This document shows, piece after piece, positions 53,030 through 63,544 of a DNA stretch of 64,000 nucleotides. Both the position numbers and the translations under genes were made by a program. The first letter of the stretch is position 1. Each line of letters opens with the position of its first letter. The notes under the pieces were generated by a model. That model worked only from the letters and a program-made list of their open reading frames with translations, was not told the origin of the DNA and did no database searches. This DNA is from Octopus sinensis (lineage: Eukaryota), in the NCBI RefSeq assembly GCF_006345805.1, contig NC_043011.1:53022464-53086463 (forward strand). Reading direction: 5' to 3'.

Positions 53030-53585
53030 TTATGTGTCTGTATTTGTCCCCCAACATCGCTTGACAACCAATGCTGGTGTGTTTATGTCCCTGTAACTTA
53101 GTGGTTTGGCAAAAGAGACCGATAAAATAAGTACTAGGCTTACAAAGAATAAGTCCTGGGGTCAATTTGCTCGACTAAAGGCGGTGCTCCAGCATGGCCA
53201 TAGTCAAATGACTGAAACAAGTAAAAGAGTATTGCATATTATAATCAGTTTTTCACTGATACTTAATTTATTGACCCCGAAAGGATGAAAGGCACAATTG
53301 ACCTCGGTGGAATGTTTGCATATTATAACAATACAAGTATTTTCATACTTTCCACAATCCTCAGGTTCATGTACTCATAATAGCAGCATTAAGTGACTAC
53401 TGCTACTACATCAACCTGAAGATTATGGAAAGCATCAAACTAATTGTATTATCGTTATATGGAATATTGGAAAATTGGAAACCACACAAAAATAAAACAT
53501 GAAACTCAGATTATGTAGCAATGTCATTGACTAATATATTTACCTGTACAGTCATACAAACACTGGTACATATATATATATATAA
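52400..53585. repeat. About 598-bp direct tandem duplication bounded by (TA)n
   Basis: The two copies are nearly identical and differ by single-base indels; identical ORF translations recur at +597. Confidence 0.9.
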
Positions 53586-54699
53586 ATATAAGAGGGAATT
53601 TTACCACTATGTGGAAACCCTTATGCTAGAAGAAGATCCGCTATGGTCTTAACCACTAAAAATTGTTCTCTAGAAAATTTAGCAAACACCAGAAACGTAA
53701 GCGAGCAAGACAAATGAAAAGTAACAAAAATATAGATTAATCATAAACAATTGTTTCACTATCAACAAATTACGTAATTTTACTTACATAATTTATCTGT
53801 AGATCTTCAGTATGATTGTCTATACAAATATAATTTGCAGAACTACACGCCAGACATCAACACGAGGTCGAAAATGCATGCACTTCTACCTATTACAGTT
53901 GTGGTTATTTTTCAAAAGTCTTCGTTTTGGCGCACTAAATATATATATATATATGTGTGTGTGTATATGATTGTGTCTGTATTTATCCTCCACCATTGCT
54001 TGACAACTGATGTTGGTGTGTTTACGTCCCCATAACTTAGCGGTTCGGCAGAAGAGACCATTAGAATAAGTATTAGGCTTACAAAGAATAAGTCCTGGAG
54101 TTGATTTGTTCAACTAAAAAGGCAGTGTTCCAGCATGGCTGCAATCAAATGACTGAAACAAATAAAAGAATACACATATATTCATAGTAAACCAAGGGAG
54201 ATAAAATTCTGACTAGCGTCAGTGTTATTCCCCTTTGGGGGAGTGAATGAGACTAGCATACTGCCATTTATATTAATAGATTTCTATGTGAATTAACCTC
54301 TTATTTAATGATCTCCCACTTAACAATTGGTCATTTGGAACCAAATGAATAGTTAAGTTGAGGTATTTTTCTACATTTTGCATATATCTATTCATGTCTG
54401 CTGGAATCACGAACACAGCTGCTGTGCTGATGATGACTGTTGAGGCAGAAACATTGCTATCCTCTTGCCTTCAGACCATTACACTGTCTTTTCCTTACTT
54501 TTTGAGAATTCTTAACTCTTGAGCCATGTCTTCTTATTCAGAGGTGGCTTCATTTGTCACAAGGCATTTGTTCGCTTTACTTTCAAAAGGAAGGTAATTT
54601 TGATAAATCAAAAATTCATTTTTCATAGCATTGATGGTATATATTTGATATCTCTTTATTCATCTTTTCTTTTTATATGTGTGTATTTATATGTATGTG

Positions 54700-54712
54700 T
54701 GTGTGTGAATAT

Positions 54713-54760
<48 letters not shown>

Positions 54761-54786
54761 TATATATATACATACATATATATATA

Positions 54787-54824
<38 letters not shown>

Positions 54825-54862
54825 CATACATACATATATATAATATATATATATATATATAT

Positions 54863-54893
<31 letters not shown>

Positions 54894-54907
54894 ATATATA
54901 ACATACA

Positions 54908-54942
<35 letters not shown>

Positions 54943-55242
54943 ATATATGTGTGTATATGTATATGCTATAAATGTATATACATATGTATGTATGTGTGTG
55001 AGTGTATAAATATATGTATATATATATATGAATGTGTATATGTATGTGTGTGTATATATGCATGAATGTGTTATGTATGTATGTGTATATAGGCATATAT
55101 GCATGTATATGTCTGTATATATGTGCTGTATGTATATGTCTGTATATATAGTGAATATATATAAGTACACACGTATGTATAAAATACACACATGCATAAT
55201 ACATACATACACACACACATACACACAGATGGAGGAAAGAAG

Positions 55243-55310
<68 letters not shown>

Positions 55311-55350
55311 CGATAGAGAGATAGATAGAGAGAGAGACAGAGAGACAGAG
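54700..55350. repeat. Compound microsatellite (TA)n/(TATG)n/(GATA)n
   Basis: Seen directly. Confidence 0.95.
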
Positions 55351-56014
55351 ATAAAAGGAAAGTGTGGAAAAGCAAATGTTTGAGATGCTTTACACGTTGC
55401 AGCTTAGTTTTATCATCTTGGGATTATCCAGCAGTGTCTCAGATCAATAATGGCCAGGAGCGACAATAATGATAATAAGTAGACAGATGATAAGAAGGAC
55501 ACTTAAAACTATAGCTATTAAGTATTATGTCTACAATGCAAAGTCGTTCGGGGCTTGTTTACGAAATAAGATCGAGACAGACAACATGAGATACAACAAA
55601 CAACATCAGACAGAAACGGTTTCTGTTTTATCCATTTCATTAGTTTTTAAAATTCCAGTCATTGTATTCGTGTGATTGGTTATTTATTTTACTCAGGTCA
55701 GTCTTTACAGATCATTCTATAATGTTAAGATTCGAGATGTACGAGTCTTACAGTATTGGTTTCAAATTTTGGCACTGACTGCTCTGTCAGTTTTTGAGGA
55801 GAGGGGAAGTTGATGACATTGACCCCCCCCCCCCCACAAAGCACCCCCCCCCCCACCAGAACTTGACTGATGCTTATTTTATTGACCCCTGGAGAGATGT
55901 AAGGCAAAGTAGATCTTGGTTGAATTTGAGCACAAAATGTTAAGGTGGACGAAATGCTGCTAAGCAATCTGTCCGATGTGCTAATGGTTCTGCAAGCTCA
56001 CCACCTTAATAATG

Positions 56015-56048
<34 letters not shown>

Positions 56049-57862
56049 TAATAATGATAATAATGATAATAATGATAATAATGATAATAATGATAATAAT
56101 GATAATAATAATAATAATAATTTAATTCTTTATTAGGCCGTTGCCAGCCTTGCCTGGCCCCCGTGCCGGTGGTACGTAAAAAGCACCACCCGACCATGTC
56201 CGTTGCCAACGCCGCCCCGACTGGCCTCCGTGCCGGTGGCACGTAAAAAGCACCATCCGTCCGTGGCCGTTTGCCAGCCCCGTCTGGCACCTGTGCGGGT
56301 GGCACGTAAAAAGCACCCACTACACTCATGGAGTGGTTGGCATTAGGAAGGGCATCCAGCCATAGAAACACTGCCAGATCAGACTGGGCTTGGTGCAGCC
56401 TTCTGGCTTCCCAGACCCCAGTTGAACCGTCCAACCCATGCTAGCATGGAAAACGGATGCTAAATGATGATGATGATGATGATGATTGCCCACAAGGGGC
56501 TAAACATAGAGGGGACAGACAAAGAGACTAAGTCGATTACATCGACCCCAGTGCGTAACTGGTACTTATTTAATTGACCCCGAAAGGATGGAAGGCAAAG
56601 TCGACCTCGGCGGAATTTGAACTCAGAACGTAGCAGCAGACAAAATACCGCTAAGCATTTCGCCAGGTGTGCTAACGATTCTGCCAGCTCCTTAATAATG
56701 CTTTCAAATTTTGCTACAAGGGCAGCCATTTGGGGCAGGGGATAAATTGATTAAATAGACCCCAGTGTTTCACTGGTATTTAATTTAGCAACCCTAAAAA
56801 GATGAAAGGCAAAGTTGACCCCAGTGGAATTTGAACTCAGAACATAGCAGCAGATGAAATACTGCTAGGGTTTTGCCTGGCGTGCTAACAGTTCTTCCAG
56901 CTCACTGCCTTAATAATGATAATCCTTTCTACTAAAGGCACAAGGCCTGAAATTTTGGGGGAGGGGACAAGTAATTACAGTGACCCACTGGTACATAATT
57001 TATTGACCCCAAAAGGATGAAAGGCAAAGTCGACCTTAGTGGAATTTGAACTCAAAATGTGAAAACAGACAAAATGCTGCTAAGCATTTCACCTGGCATG
57101 CTAACGATTCTGCCAGCTTGCTGCCTTAATAATGGTTTCAAATTTTGGCACAAGGCCAGCAAGTTTAGCAAGAGGGTTTAGTCGATTAGATCAACCCCAG
57201 TGTTTAACTGCTACTTGTTTTATTGACCCCAAAATGATGAAAGGCAAAGTTAGCCTTGGCAAGATTTGAACTCGGAACGTAAGGACAGATGAAATTCTGC
57301 TAAGTATTTTGCTCAGTATGCTAATGATTCTGCCAGCTCGCCACCTTAATAATAATGAGTTCATGTTTTGGCACAAGGCCTGCAATTTTGAGGGGAGGGG
57401 GAAGTTGATTACATGGACCCCAGTACTTGATTGCTACTTGTCTTATTTTATTGACCACAGAAGGAGGAAAGGCAAAGTCAGCCTCGGTAGAATTTGAACT
57501 CAGAACATAAAGCCAGAGAAAAGGCTGCTAAGAATTTTTTGTCCAATGTTCTACCAATTCTTTTAGCATACAGCTGTCTGTTGATTATATTGAACCCATT
57601 ATTTGAATGGAATGTTTTTCTTTTATTGATCTTGGAAGAATAAAACGCAAAGTGAATTTAGAATGTAATGGAACACTGGACCATGGAGTGCGAAATTTAT
57701 ACATAGATGCAGGTGTGGCTTTGTGGTAAGAAGCTTGATTCCCAATCACATGGTTCTGGGTTCAGACCCACTTCGTGCCACCTTTGGTAATTGTCTTCTA
57801 CTGTAACCTTGGACTGACCAAAGCCTTGTGAGTGGAATAAGTAGACGGAAATTGAAAGAAGC

Positions 57863-57902
<40 letters not shown>

Positions 57903-58116
57903 CAATAATAATTCTCTAAACGAGATATAGACAGTAACTGCTCCATAACATAAGGGACATTAGCCATTTGAATGTGGCTAGGGACAGGGCAGGGCGGTGG
58001 GGGTGTTACTGATGCATTTAGCCCCAGGCGATCATCAACGTCACCAGGTAGGCTGACACCATCACGGTGTCCTCTATCCTGCAAAGGGAGATCATTCCCT
58101 GAAGAAGCGGATGCCA

Positions 58117-58161
58117 CATACGGACCCAGGTTTCAAGGTATTTGCCTATCATCAACGTATG
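58117..58161 (-). ncRNA. Type I hammerhead ribozyme, unit 1
   Basis: CAUACG-UUGAUGA-UAGG-CAAAUA-CCUU-GAAA-CCUGG-GUC/CGUAUG; predicted cut 58123/58122. Confidence 0.85.
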
Positions 58162-58473
58162 GCAGGCACCGCTCCCCGACGAACAACTTCCTGTGTAGGA
58201 TATTTATATATAGATTTTCACGTAAATACATTTACTGATTTCGAAAATCTGTTCAACAGCAATAATAATTCTCTAAACGAGATATAGACAGTAACTGCTC
58301 CATAACATAAGGGACATTAGCCATTTGAATGTGGCTAGGGACAGGGCAGGGCGGTGGGGGTGTTACTGATGCATTTAGCCCCAGGCGATCATCAACGTCA
58401 CCAGGTAGGCTGACACCATCACGGTGTCCTCTATCCTGCAAAGGGAGATCATTCCCTGAAGAAGCGGATGCCA

Positions 58474-58518
58474 CATACGGACCCAGGTTTCAAGGTATTT
58501 GCCTATCATCAACGTATG
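58474..58518 (-). ncRNA. Type I hammerhead ribozyme, unit 2
   Basis: Identical 45-nt motif; predicted cut 58480/58479. Confidence 0.85.
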
Positions 58519-58830
58519 GCAGGCACCGCTCCCCGACGAACAACTTCCTGTGTAGGATATTTATATATAGATTTTCACGTAAATACATTTACTGATTTCG
58601 AAAATCTGTTCAACAGCAATAATAATTCTCTAAACGAGATATAGACAGTAACTGCTCCATAACATAAGGGACATTAACCATTTGAATGTGGCTAGGGACA
58701 GGGCAGGGCGGTGGGGGTGTTACTGATGCATTTAGCCCCAGGCGATCATCAACGTCACCAGGTAGGCTGACACCATCACGGTGTCCTCTATCCTGCAAAG
58801 GGAGATCATTCCCTGAAGAAGCGGATGCCA

Positions 58831-58875
58831 CATACGGACCCAGGTTTCAAGGTATTTGCCTATCATCAACGTATG
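58831..58875 (-). ncRNA. Type I hammerhead ribozyme, unit 3
   Basis: Identical 45-nt motif; predicted cut 58837/58836. Confidence 0.85.
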
Positions 58876-59187
58876 GCAGGCACCGCTCCCCGACGAACAA
58901 CTTCCTGTGTAGGATATTTATATATAGATTTTCACGTAAATACATTTACTGATTTCGAAAATCTGTTCAACAGCAATAATAATTCTCTAAACGAGATATA
59001 GACAGTAACTGCTCCATAACATAAGGGACATTAACCATTTGAATGTGGCTAGGGACAGGGCAGGGCGGTGGGGGTGTTACTGATGCATTTAGCCCCAGGC
59101 GATCATCAACGTCACCAGGTAGGCTGACACCATCACGGTGTCCTCTATCCTGCAAAGGGAGATCATTCCCTGAAGAAGCGGATGCCA

Positions 59188-59232
59188 CATACGGACCCAG
59201 GTTTCAAGGTATTTGCCTATCATCAACGTATG
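59188..59232 (-). ncRNA. Type I hammerhead ribozyme, unit 4
   Basis: Identical 45-nt motif; predicted cut 59194/59193. Confidence 0.85.
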
Positions 59233-59544
59233 GCAGGCACCGCTCCTCGACGAACAACTTCCTGTGCAGGATATTTATATATAGATTTTCACGTAAATAC
59301 ATTTACTGATTTCGAAAATCTGTTCGACAGCAATAATAATTCTCTAAACGAGATATAGACAGTAACTGCTCCATAACATAAGGGACATTAGCCATTTGAA
59401 TGTGGCTAGGGACAAGGCAGGGCGGTGGGGGTGTTACTGATGCATTTAGCCCCAGGCGATCATCAACGTCACCAGGTAGGCTGACACCATCATGGTGTCC
59501 TCTATCCTGCAAAGGGAGATCATTCCCCGAAGAAGCGGATGCCA

Positions 59545-59589
59545 CATACGGACCCAGGTTTCAAGGTATTTGCCTATCATCAACGTATG
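59545..59589 (-). ncRNA. Type I hammerhead ribozyme, unit 5
   Basis: Identical 45-nt motif; predicted cut 59551/59550. Confidence 0.85.
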
Positions 59590-59771
59590 GCAGGCACCGC
59601 TCCTCGACGAACAACTTCCTGTGCAGGATATTTATATATAGATTTTCACGTAAATACATTTACTGATTTCGAAAATCTGTTCGGCAGCAATAATAATTCT
59701 CTCTAAAACGAGATATAATCTATATATAAATATCCTGCACAGGAAGTTGTTCGTCGAGGAGCGGTGCCTGC

Positions 59772-59816
59772 CATACGTTGATGATAGGCAAATACCTTGA
59801 AACCTGGGTCCGTATG
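59772..59816 (+). ncRNA. Type I hammerhead ribozyme, inverted unit 6
   Basis: Identical 45-nt motif; predicted cut 59810/59811. Confidence 0.85.
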
Positions 59817-60128
59817 TGGCGTCCGCTTCTTCGGGGAATGATCTCCCTTTGCAGGATAGAGGACACCGTGATGGTGTCAGCCTACCTAGTGATGTTGATG
59901 ATCGCCTGGGGCTAAATGCATCAGTAACACCCCCACCGCCCTGCCCTGTCCCTAGCCACATTCAAATGGCTAATGTCCCTTATGTTATGGAGCAGTTACT
60001 GTCTATATCTCGTTTAGAGAATTATTATTGCTGTCAAACAGATTTTCGAAATCAGTAAATGTATTTACGTGAAAATCTATATATAAATATCCAGCACAGG
60101 AAGTTGTTCGTCGAGGAGCAGTGCCTGC

Positions 60129-60173
60129 CATACGTTGATGATAGGCAAATACCTTGAAACCTGGGTCCGTATG
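60129..60173 (+). ncRNA. Type I hammerhead ribozyme, inverted unit 7
   Basis: Identical 45-nt motif; predicted cut 60167/60168. Confidence 0.85.
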
Positions 60174-60341
60174 TGGCATCCGCTTCTTCGGGGAATGATC
60201 TCCCTTTGCAGGATAGAGGACACTGTGATGGTGTCAGCCTACATGGTGACGTTGATGATCGCCTGGGGCTAAATGCATCAGTAACACCCCCACCGCCCTG
60301 CCCTGTCCCTAGCCACATTCAAATGGCTAATGTCCCTTATG

Positions 60342-60394
<53 letters not shown>

Positions 60395-60719
60395 CGTGTG
60401 TGTTTGTCTGTTTGTCCTCCACCACTGCTTAACAACTGATGGTTTGTTTATGTCTCTGTAACTTAGCAGTTTGGGAAAAGAGACTGGTAGAACAAGTACC
60501 AGGCTTAAAAATATAAGTACTGGAGTCAAGGGACCTGATTAAACATTCTTCATGTGGTGCCCCAGCATGGCCACAGTGTAATAACTAAAACATAAATGAT
60601 AAAGGTGAGATAGTTTATAGAACCCACCCATCTATAATTAAAGCCCAAAACTTCACATTATTAATTATTTCTTTATTACCAAAGATTATAGAATGACTGA
60701 CGAGGTTTTCTTCAAAAGT

Positions 60720-61720
60720 GCTTCATGTGGCTTCAAGTGTACAAAGTTTTCTTTAGGTTTAAAATCAATGTTTCTACTGAGTACTGATTCAATGTTGAGT
60801 CAAGTTAAGGCCACCAGACAACGTTTTGGCTTGTTTGTTCAGGGATAATTTCTGTCTTGATTTGAACCCACTGAATGAATGTTCAGCTGAGGCTGCCATA
60901 CCAAGCATTGAGAGAAAAATCCAAAGTGATGCACAAAGATTTGGAACATACAAGAACAAGTTGGATGTTTTCCAATTTGTAATTGTATATTTTGTTGAGT
61001 AAATTGATGGGTTTAATTTGAATTTAGCCAAAGATGTCACAGCATTAAAGTCAGTTAATTCACTTGAGAGTCCTTTAGTTTTTACATCAGAATTATAATT
61101 TCTACAGTGACACAGACTCTGTGGTCAAAAGATTTTTCAGTATTGACAGCTATTGCCAGAGGAATGAAAAAGTATCAGATATTTCCTTTGCAGTTCAAAT
61201 ATTCTTGCTAACCACTAATAATAGAATCAACAAGGATATAAAAAAGTTGTTTGAAATCATGATTCTGCAGATGTTTCAAAACTCTTTGTCTGGTTTTTAT
61301 CACTTGATTGGTTATCATAAAAGTTCTCTTGCTTCTCATCATTTGCTTGTATTTTAATTCCAATTTTCAGACAGTTAGCAACATGTTTTGACTGCCAGAG
61401 GAATGTGCAATTGATCTTGCATTCCCAGTAGATTTTTCCATAAGTACTTCAATGTTGCCCACTTCAGAATCAGCAGTGGAATCTCTTTCCTGTAATACTA
61501 TTTTGTGGATGTTAATGGGAACAAAAATGTCAAACCAGATGGATGGACATGAAGATGCATATGAAAGAGAATATGTATTTAATAGTTCTTTTTATTTCAT
61601 TTCTGGTCTTTGGCATCAGATTACATTTCAGAATGTCCTACAGGGCCAATTTGATACATTTGAGATTTCATACAAATGACTACACTCATATGATTCTGGC
61701 TAACATGAAGATAGTTTATA
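60720..61720 (-). pseudogene. Decayed hAT transposase C-terminal region
   Basis: VPNLCASLWIFLSMLGMAASAEHSFSGFK resembles the hAT dimerisation motif PNL..ALRI.LT.P...ASAERSFS.LK. Confidence 0.65.
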
Positions 61721-63544
61721 CATAAGGCAATGATTGTATGTGTGAGAAGAATCTACCATCTTTTTGGATTATGTATGCTGTGTAACAATTTTTCTTTTCT
61801 TGTCTTTGGTCAGTAAGTGTTTTTTCTAATTTACTTCTATCTAGAAATCAAACGAAATGACTACTATTACCGTCAAACTTTGCTTTTGTGACGGTTTGGA
61901 AATTGACCTATTTTCCATTACATTTCAGACAAATTCAGCGCTTAGTTGCCGAAGCAGAAATATTGCTGTAGCAAATATTCTGCTCAATACCACAGATTTG
62001 CTTGTCAGTTGCTTGACCTTAACCAGTTGAGCATGTCCCTTAGTGGCTGTCAGTATGTGCATCGCTGATCATGAGCTGGAGTTGTGGGGAAGCATCATAG
62101 CCATGTGCTGAGAGAGATTCTTTGGGGGTTTGAATAAATGTAACAAAAGCCAAGTTTGAAGGAAATATTAGCCATTTTAAATACTTTCTTGGAGTAAGCA
62201 AATAGGAAGTAATCATGTTACACAGTGTTATAGTAAAATATATAAATACTTTCAATGAATCCAGAAAAGATAACTGTTTTGGTACAGGACTGCTGAATCT
62301 GTGACACACAAATTCAATGTATGATATTCATGCGGTGAGAAAATAATGAAAGGATTTTCATTAACTACTCCTCTCTCTCTTTCGGAGAGGCACTGAGCAG
62401 CTATACGCACACATACACACACGGAAGTAACTTCCACCTACCGAATTCAATCACAAAGCTTTGGTCGACTCGGGGCTATAGCAGAAGACACCTACCCAAA
62501 GTGTCACGCAGTGGGACTGAACCCGAAACCATGTAGCTAGAAAGCAAGCTCCCTAACCACACAGCCATGCCCGTGCCTACTCTCCATCATATTTCCAGGT
62601 ATCTATCATATTGTCATAATTGACATATTCTTGAGGTTTTATGTAAATATTTACACATTATTGATTCTGACAGAACATAAGGCAATTGATGTAAAATGCA
62701 ATGCCTAATGGCCCATGTCTGCTGCTAGGATTTTTTATCTTTTTTTCTATTGTTTTTTTTTTTACTTGTTTAGTCATTAGACTGTGACCACAGTGAGGCA
62801 CTGCCTTGAAGAAGTTTTATTTGAATGAATTGACTTCAGTACTTATCTTTTTTTAAAGCCTGGTACTTACTCTATCAATGTCTTTTGCTAGTATACCCAG
62901 ACAATGTGTATGTCTCTTGTTTCTTCATCGATTGTATGCTTTTATCATTTTTTAAAATTTGTTATATTAATATATTTGTTTGCATGTGTTTACGTTATGC
63001 ATACTTCATCATTATGTATTTATGTACATCATTAATATATAAGTGCATGTGCGTGCCCGCGATGTGTGAAAAGGGGTTGCCTGTCTCCAAAACTCTAAAG
63101 TGGAGTAATGTTTTCATGCTTGGATTTCTAAACTATGATAAGATTAACACTGGTCAACAAAGAATTTGTCCCAAAAGAATATCCATATCTTATATGTTTT
63201 TGCATGCAGAATTAAAAAATAATGTCAAATTATCTGTATCAACCGCAGTTTCTCTGTTCCACGATATCCCTCTCAATTCCTGTTACTAAATTTCCTGTGC
63301 TAAATTTCAGTTAAGCTGTTGAAATGTGAAGCTAACAGAGTAAGAAATACTCCTAATTAAAATTTTTATGATTGGAATTAACTTAGTGAAATCAGAAATC
63401 CAGCTATCTGAGTCAATGAATCCCAAAAATATATGAAATGAAAAATATATATAGAGTGGTGAGTTTTTTTGTTTTTTTTTGAAAATTCACCACCAGTAGC
63501 CTAGCATGTATAAAAAGTCGATAGACAACATATTCTCAAATATA

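Larger units (their letters stand above)
57901..60345. mobile_element. 357-bp hammerhead-containing tandem array with inverted arm (retrozyme-like)
   Basis: Units start at 57901, 58258, 58615, 58972, 59329, with a partial unit at 59686-59717. About 1.8 inverted units occupy 59718-60345. (TA)n lies on both flanks. Confidence 0.85.

Noticed and set aside
54425-54470. CTGATGA...GAAAC hammerhead-like words
   Set aside because: Stems I and III cannot form. The same applies to candidates at about 17111, 30290, 41390 and 60697.
54519-55375. YIYIYI-type ORFs up to 239 aa (also at 15767, 42003 and elsewhere)
   Set aside because: Translations of TA/TG microsatellites.
31720-57900. A divergent plus-strand protein-coding gene
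   Set aside because: No ORF with host-protein character and no consistent exon chain was found; nearly all ORFs derive from SINEs or transposons.
57901-60345. Array as 7SK, U3, 5S, SRP, RNase P/MRP, telomerase RNA or CRISPR
   Set aside because: Only short coincidental word matches (TGATCGCC, GATAGAGGA, CACATTCAAATG). Diagnostic motifs are missing, there is no TAACCCTAA-type template and there are no spacers.
57746-60439. Repeated 73-123 aa ORFs in the 357-bp array
   Set aside because: No recognisable domain; they recur only because the DNA repeats. The RNA structure explains the sequence better.
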